64,000 nucleotides of DNA, from positions 42,638-106,637 of the IMG/VR virus record IMGVR_UViG_3300047462_000185; one strand, 5' to 3'. Below the pieces are notes generated by a model, which did not search any database, had not been told where the DNA came from, and saw only the letters and a program-made list of their open reading frames with translations. The position numbers and the translations under genes were made by a program. The stretch comes from a virus. Shown here one piece after another: positions 58,668 to 64,000 of the stretch (its first letter is position 1; each line of letters begins with the position of its first letter).

Positions 58668-58691
58668 GCGACTCTCCTTTGCGAGGTGGAC

Positions 58692-61649
58692 ATGGAAACA
58701 CATGATAATGTGCTTGCCAAGCGCGATTTGAGCGCGGCGCAACTTGCGGAGCGCAGCGTCGCTGCACGTGCCCGCTGGGCCGGCCATCGAGCCGAGACCA
58801 ATCCGACGGTCCGCCAAGCCGCGTGGGGAGAAGCGACACCGCCCTCCAAATCCGCCGTATCGCTGTTCCGGCAGGGCATGCCGTCGAGCGGCCGCTCAGG
58901 CGGGTTGTGGGACACCCGATCGGTCGAGCCGTCGGCGGGCCAGATCCGGGGCAGGTTGACGTTCCATTTCCCCAGGGCCTACCGCAGCGACAAGCCCGAC
59001 GCGCCGCTAAAGCACGAAAAGAAGCTGCTGGCCCATCGCCTCGCCGCTGATCCGGCCCAGCCCGTCGCGATCACCAACCCAGGCACCATCGCCGAGGCGC
59101 AGCGCCACCCCGAGATGCGCGCCCTGATGCAGGGCGCGGTCGAGACGGTGCGCCAGAACCAGAAGGGGGCGATCGCCAAGGCGACCGAGGACGGCATCAT
59201 CCCCGAGGGCACGCCGCCCGGTCTGGTGCGCGAGGCCTACAAGCACGCCGCGCTGCTGGCGCTCCACAAGGCCGGCCTGGTCGACTGGGCGTTCGAGATG
59301 GATGCCCACGCCAAGAAGGCGTTCAAGCCGCTGGTGCCGTTCATGCGCTATGCGTCGCGCCGCGTGTTCGACCAGCTCAACGTGCAGCACAAGGGCAAAT
59401 GGACCGCGTTCCGCGACGAGTTCGGCGAGGAATTCAAGGATCGACGGAAGGATGCGGCTGGCAAGGTGCGCCGGCGGATGCGGCCCAACCAGGAGTTCGT
59501 GAAGGTCGATCAGGCCTGGGGCGAGCTAGCCAAGGCGTTCGATGCGACGAAACACCCGCGCGGCCAAGGGGGTAAGTTCTCCCGCAGCGGCACGTTCGAC
59601 GATGCGATCCGCGGCGCTCAGCTGAGCGGGGGCGCCGTTGGCGGCATCGCGACGGGCCACCTGATTTCGTCGCCGCGGGCAGCGCGGCACCTGACAGCGG
59701 CCGTCGACAAGGTCGGCAAAAAGATTGGCAACGCGGCCGAGGCCCGGTTTCGCCTGGCGAGTCGAAAGGCCGGCGCCTACACGTCGCCGCATGCCGAGCA
59801 GGTGCTGCGCAGCCAGGGACGACTCCTGAACGGAGCTGCACGTCTGGCTGGCAAGGGGCTGGGGCGTGCTGGGATCGCCACAGCTGCCTTCGCCGCGGGC
59901 GATTACGCGGGCGACCTGGTAGGCCGCAAGGTGTTCGGCCAGCACGGCAGCAAGAAGCACTACCGGCATTTCAATGCCCTGGGTTTCGGTCTCGGCAGCG
60001 CCGGCGCGGTTGGTGCTCATCTGCTGGCCCGGGCCCGGTTCGCGCGCAAGCTGGTCCGTCGCTTTCCGTTGTCGGGACGCGCCAAGTTGCTGGCCTCTGG
60101 CATTGCCTTGACGGCTGGCCTTGAGGGGGCTGGCACGCACATCCAGGATCGCGGCGAAGAGGCAATCGGCAAGCTCGCCAAGATGACGCTGGCCGACCTG
60201 GGCCTCGACATCGGCAAGGCCCCTTCCCCGGGCCAACCGCTTCCCGGTGGAGTCCAGTCTGGCTGGCTTGCGGGCCGCCTCGCCCTGGCCCGCAAGGAGT
60301 CGCAGGGCCAGCGCGCCATGAAGATCCTGACCCAGAAACAGAAGATGGAGCGCCACTTCGCCGCCAACGCGGAACGGGTCAAGGACCTGGAGCACGCCCC
60401 CACCATCAAGCAGGGCATGCTCGGCTCGACCCGGGGCTACGACCTGAAGCGCGAGGGCATGTCCCAGCCCGGCCTGGGCCTGGGCGGCGCGATGGGGACC
60501 CGCATCGGCTCTGCCAGCCGGGTGGGCCAAGGCATGCGGATCGGATCGACCCAGCGCGTCGGTTCGGTCGACCGGATCAGCCCCGGGCTACGCCTGGGCC
60601 AGACCGCCAAGTTCGGCGTCAAGCAGAAGATCGGCACCACGGCGCGGTTCGGCGTGACGCAACGACTCAGCCCGTTCCAGCGGGTCGAGCCGGTCGGGCC
60701 GCTGCGCAAGGACACGATCGGCGGTCAGATGGTGATGCAGCGCGCCACGCACCTCGGTAACATCAGACCGATCGCCGCGCCGCACTACCAGAACAAGAAG
60801 ATCCAGTATCACGCCAACCCGACCTTCGCGCGGCCCGGCTCGATTCAGCGCTTCGTGAACTCGATCACGGGGGTCAACAGCGCGGCCATGTTACCTGGGC
60901 CAGCCCGCTCGTTCCGCAAGCCGCGCCGGTTCACCAGCCATTCCGCGACCAGCACCTACGGGGGCGCCTACGCCAGCTCGGGCACGCCGACGCAGGGCGG
61001 CGCCCAGATCAGCGTGCAGACCCCGAACCCGTCGCTCTACCAAAAGCTGGAGCCGATCGAGGAGGCTATCGCGCTGCGCAAGGCGATCCAGGATGTCGAA
61101 CGACGCGCCGCGGTCCGGCAGACCATGCACGAGTTCAAACATGGCAAGCTGCGGTCCGGGTCCAAGAAAGGGCCTCGCGTCACCAATCGTCGCCAGGCCG
61201 TCGCCATCGCGATCAGCCAGGCCGAGCGGCTCGGCAAGCGCGTCCCGGCCAAATTCCTGGCCGGGGCCGCCGTCGGCGCTGGCGCAGCCCTGTTCGGCCA
61301 GCACGCCAAGGAGTCCTACGACGAGAGCTCGCCGGCCACGCATGCCATGGCAGGAGCCGCGACCGGTCTTGGCGCGGCCTACCTGCTGGGCCGCACCAGG
61401 GCGCGCTACGCGGCCCGGCGCGAGGCGAGCCGCATCTTCCATGCCGGCCTCGATGCGGCGCGCACCCATCTGGGCGCGACGGGCGACAGGTCGGCGTTTC
61501 GGACCGCCAAGCATGCCGCGGTCCAAACGGCTCGAAAGCATCGTGACGAGGCCCGAGCCGCATGGCGGCCGCGCAAGTCGCACCTTGCCATTGGGGCCGC
61601 CACTGGCGCGACAGCAGCTCTCCCGTCTCGTGATCAGGAAAACACATAA
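58692..61649 (+). CDS. large basic modular protein (putative head/internal virion protein), contains a DUF6496-like segment
   Basis: FDATKHPRGQGGKF motif, Gly-zipper hydrophobic helices, MHEFKHGKLRSGSKKGPRVTNRRQAVAIAISQA. Confidence 0.75.
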   Translation: METHDNVLAKRDLSAAQLAERSVAARARWAGHRAETNPTVRQAAWGEATPPSKSAVSLFRQGMPSSGRSGGLWDTRSVEPSAGQIRGRLTFHFPRAYRSDKPDAPLKHEKKLLAHRLAADPAQPVAITNPGTIAEAQRHPEMRALMQGAVETVRQNQKGAIAKATEDGIIPEGTPPGLVREAYKHAALLALHKAGLVDWAFEMDAHAKKAFKPLVPFMRYASRRVFDQLNVQHKGKWTAFRDEFGEEFKDRRKDAAGKVRRRMRPNQEFVKVDQAWGELAKAFDATKHPRGQGGKFSRSGTFDDAIRGAQLSGGAVGGIATGHLISSPRAARHLTAAVDKVGKKIGNAAEARFRLASRKAGAYTSPHAEQVLRSQGRLLNGAARLAGKGLGRAGIATAAFAAGDYAGDLVGRKVFGQHGSKKHYRHFNALGFGLGSAGAVGAHLLARARFARKLVRRFPLSGRAKLLASGIALTAGLEGAGTHIQDRGEEAIGKLAKMTLADLGLDIGKAPSPGQPLPGGVQSGWLAGRLALARKESQGQRAMKILTQKQKMERHFAANAERVKDLEHAPTIKQGMLGSTRGYDLKREGMSQPGLGLGGAMGTRIGSASRVGQGMRIGSTQRVGSVDRISPGLRLGQTAKFGVKQKIGTTARFGVTQRLSPFQRVEPVGPLRKDTIGGQMVMQRATHLGNIRPIAAPHYQNKKIQYHANPTFARPGSIQRFVNSITGVNSAAMLPGPARSFRKPRRFTSHSATSTYGGAYASSGTPTQGGAQISVQTPNPSLYQKLEPIEEAIALRKAIQDVERRAAVRQTMHEFKHGKLRSGSKKGPRVTNRRQAVAIAISQAERLGKRVPAKFLAGAAVGAGAALFGQHAKESYDESSPATHAMAGAATGLGAAYLLGRTRARYAARREASRIFHAGLDAARTHLGATGDRSAFRTAKHAAVQTARKHRDEARAAWRPRKSHLAIGAATGATAALPSRDQENT

Positions 61650-61693
61650 CTCTGTGGCATTTTGCACGGACCATGTGATAAGCTGCCATTTTC

Positions 61694-62104
61694 ATGGAGC
61701 TTGCGATGACGAAGATGCTTGGGTATCTTGACATCCTGAGGGGGGCGAGTTGCGCCCTGGGCGCGGCGCTTCTCATCGGGATGTGTTTCGCGGCCCACGC
61801 CGAGGCTCCGCCCGGCACCGATCACAACACCCCCGAGGCACGCTGGTATGAGGGCGCCCGCTCCGAGACGGGCGTGAATTGCTGCAGCATGGCGGACGGG
61901 CACCGGGCCCAGGCCCGCTACATCGGCACACCGCCCAACGGGCGATACGAAGTCCTGATCAACGGCGAGTGGAAACCCGTGCCGCCCTGGACCTATCTCA
62001 TGAAGGGGTATCCACCTCACCCGGCCGGCTCGGCCGTGGTCTGGGAGACCCATATCCCTTCGGATCCGATCCGCTGCTTCTCGCCTCCGGTCGCGGCTCA
62101 ATGA
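61694..62104 (+). CDS. secreted Cys-containing small protein
   Basis: signal peptide; WY...TGVNCCSMADG...IRCF. Confidence 0.7.
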   Translation: MELAMTKMLGYLDILRGASCALGAALLIGMCFAAHAEAPPGTDHNTPEARWYEGARSETGVNCCSMADGHRAQARYIGTPPNGRYEVLINGEWKPVPPWTYLMKGYPPHPAGSAVVWETHIPSDPIRCFSPPVAAQ

Positions 62105-62562
62105 TGCGCGAACCCGTCGCCCGCGACGAGGCCGGCGTTCCGATACTTCAGACGTGCGGCCGGCGCATGAATGATTTCGGTCCGTGGCCCAAGCTCGAAC
62201 TTCTCGATCACTGGAACATCCAGCCCAACGGTGATCGGACCTGCTCGTTCTGCGGCTCGCTGCACCACGACGATTTCTACCGTCTCGTCGTGGCATCGCT
62301 GGCCGACGACAGCACGATCCGGATCGAAGTGAGTGACAAGCGCTACAAGATCTATGTGCATCGCCCCGAGATCCGAAACGCCGCCGAGGGTGGCATCAAG
62401 TTCTACAAGCACCACGACGTGCATTGGACCGACGAACAGCGTGCCGAGATCATCCGCATCTGGCCCGACGTGATCGGCAAGTCGAGCGCCAGGTTCGAGC
62501 AGGTCATGGAGCGGCTCAAGCTGCGCTTTCCCGTGCCGGAAACGCCGCCAGACTCCGAATGA
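62102..62562 (+). CDS. hypothetical phage protein
   Basis: DRTCSFCGSLH...SDKRYKIY...IKFY.HH. Confidence 0.7.
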
Positions 62563-62694
62563 CCACGACGACTTACCTCCACAGCCTGATCGAATAACCC
62601 AGAGCAGAACGCAAGACTAAAGCCGCACCCCTGGATCGTTCCCAGGGGTGCGGCTGGCGCTGGCCGCTCGCACCCATTCCCATTGTGACTTCGC

Positions 62695-62722
62695 AAAGCC
62701 CCGCCCCCGAGCGGGGCTTTTT
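62695..62722 (+). terminator. intrinsic terminator
   Basis: AAAGCCCCGC-CCCCGA-GCGGGGCTTTTT. Confidence 0.75.
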
Positions 62723-62737
62723 CTGTTGGAGGTGCGT

Positions 62738-63037
62738 GTGACGCAATTCACCAACTACAGCCAGACCATCGGCCTCACGCCGGTGCAGATATGGCCCACC
62801 CTGAGTGGGACGGTGTCCTACATGCGGCTCTGGAACGTCAGCGCGTCCGGCGGTCCAACGATATGGCTGACGCGATACGGCTCCAGTCCGGCCGCAAATA
62901 CGCCCGGCTCGTTTCCCCTGCAACCAGGCGAATTCGAGGAATTCGAAATCGCGTCCGGCTTCAATCCGCCGCTCAATTCGGTGTGGGCCATCGCCACCGC
63001 GGCCGGCGCCGAACTGACCGCAGAAGTGGGGTCCTGA
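62738..63037 (+). CDS. small beta-rich putative virion protein
   Basis: GGAGG SD plus GTG; GSFPLQPGE, VWAIATAAGAELTAEV. Confidence 0.6.
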   Translation: MTQFTNYSQTIGLTPVQIWPTLSGTVSYMRLWNVSASGGPTIWLTRYGSSPAANTPGSFPLQPGEFEEFEIASGFNPPLNSVWAIATAAGAELTAEVGS

Positions 63038-63038
63038 C

Positions 63039-64000
63039 ATGCCGGTCCGGCGCATCGGTTCGTCCAGCTCCATCATCACGCGCCGGACCAACTTTCAGGG
63101 CAGGTCCGCAATCATCAACCAGCCCGTCGTCGCGTTTCCGTGGCGGACCCTCTACCAAGGCGTCTACACGAGCGGCGCAGGGTCTGTGGCGGCGTCGAGC
63201 GATCGAGGCGGCCAGTCGCAGCACACTTGGTATTTCATTGCGCCGGGCGTGACCTCGATCAGGGCCGTCTTTGGCAACACGGCCTACAACGCCAACTCGC
63301 CGGCCGGCGAATACACCACCGGTCTTTCCACACTCACGGTCGGCATGTCCTGGAACAGCCCGAAGAATATTGCGGCCAACGGCTGGCGCTACGGCACGTT
63401 CCTGGGCGGCAACAACACAATCTCGATCCCTCCCGGCGCACTCATCGCGTCCGATCCCGTGCCGGTGGTCGGCGTGGTGGGAGCGCCGTTCTGGAGCAGG
63501 ACCTGGCTACAGATTCCGGCCGGCGGATCATTTCCGTTAGGAATGGTTTCCAGCGCGTTCAGCTTGTCGGGACTGCCGATCATCGCGCTGGATGCATCAT
63601 CCTGCGGCCACAATTACCCACAGAGCAATCCTTTCAACAACGGCAACAACACAGGCGCCGACAAGCGCTTGGTCCAGGGCGTCTCGGGCGACGGCGGCGA
63701 TGGCGGCGCGTTGTGGATCAGCACCTACGGTGACCACAGCTACGGGCCGCTGGGTATCATCGGAACCTGCGCCACGCCGAACATTCCGGTTGTCGCCATC
63801 ATCGGCGACAGCAACGCCGAGGGTCTGGGCGACGCCTGGGCGGAACTGGGGATTTTCCAGCGCGCCCTGCTCGCCGCTGGCCTGACCGGCATCAAGCTCG
63901 CGTTCAGCGGGGACTCGGCCTATCAGTTCACCCCGCTCACGCAACGTCTCATGCGGCAACTTCTGCTCGAAGCATGCACGCATGCGATCTGCGAATATCC
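63039..64000 (+). CDS. SGNH/GDSL hydrolase-domain protein (partial; runs off the window; not in the ORF track)
   Basis: open frame from ATG 63039; VVAIIGDSNAEG block-I motif near 63790-63825. Confidence 0.75.
   Translation, partial: MPVRRIGSSSSIITRRTNFQGRSAIINQPVVAFPWRTLYQGVYTSGAGSVAASSDRGGQSQHTWYFIAPGVTSIRAVFGNTAYNANSPAGEYTTGLSTLTVGMSWNSPKNIAANGWRYGTFLGGNNTISIPPGALIASDPVPVVGVVGAPFWSRTWLQIPAGGSFPLGMVSSAFSLSGLPIIALDASSCGHNYPQSNPFNNGNNTGADKRLVQGVSGDGGDGGALWISTYGDHSYGPLGIIGTCATPNIPVVAIIGDSNAEGLGDAWAELGIFQRALLAAGLTGIKLAFSGDSAYQFTPLTQRLMRQLLLEACTHAICEY

Larger units (their letters stand above)
1..64000. mobile_element. Large temperate bacteriophage genome segment (alphaproteobacterial host)
   Basis: TerL, portal, integrase/attP/AlpA, cI/cro-like pair, ERF/YqaJ/SSB, primase-helicase and tRNA array; no host housekeeping genes seen. 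Confidence 0.95.

Overview
About 64 kb of a large, GC-rich temperate phage of Alphaproteobacteria (permuted tmRNA with an ANDN...LAA tag). It is probably in free or excised form, because an apparently intact attP lies between an AlpA-type excisionase and a tyrosine integrase. Order of blocks: leftward early/recombination genes (AAA ATPase, ParB, SSB, ERF, YqaJ exonuclease; 1-13.2 kb); replication initiator with iterons plus a T7gp4/Twinkle-type primase-helicase (13.6-16.5 kb); a decayed IS1595/methylase insert; a cro/cI-like switch (22.3-23.4 kb); a leftward array of small genes separated by three families of structured repeats (24-32.4 kb); terminases (TerL with an atypical intein), spike base and portal (32.6-39.5 kb); accessory genes and the integration cassette (40-50 kb); an operon of 37 tRNAs covering all 20 amino acids, a two-piece tmRNA and several unexplained structured RNAs (50.76-55.2 kb); then HNH, glycosyltransferase and further putative virion genes. 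Main findings: (1) a candidate ribosome-coupled attenuator, made of a codon-diverse 34-aa leader ORF and mutually exclusive antiterminator/terminator folds, in front of the tRNA/tmRNA operon; (2) five hammerhead-like three-way junctions with a C15.1-G16.1 core swap, and a second covarying three-way-junction motif in eight copies, at gene boundaries; (3) a palindromic operator CACA-N6-TGTG dispersed across the window; (4) non-canonical tRNA architectures. All calls come from reading and folding by eye; no searches were run.
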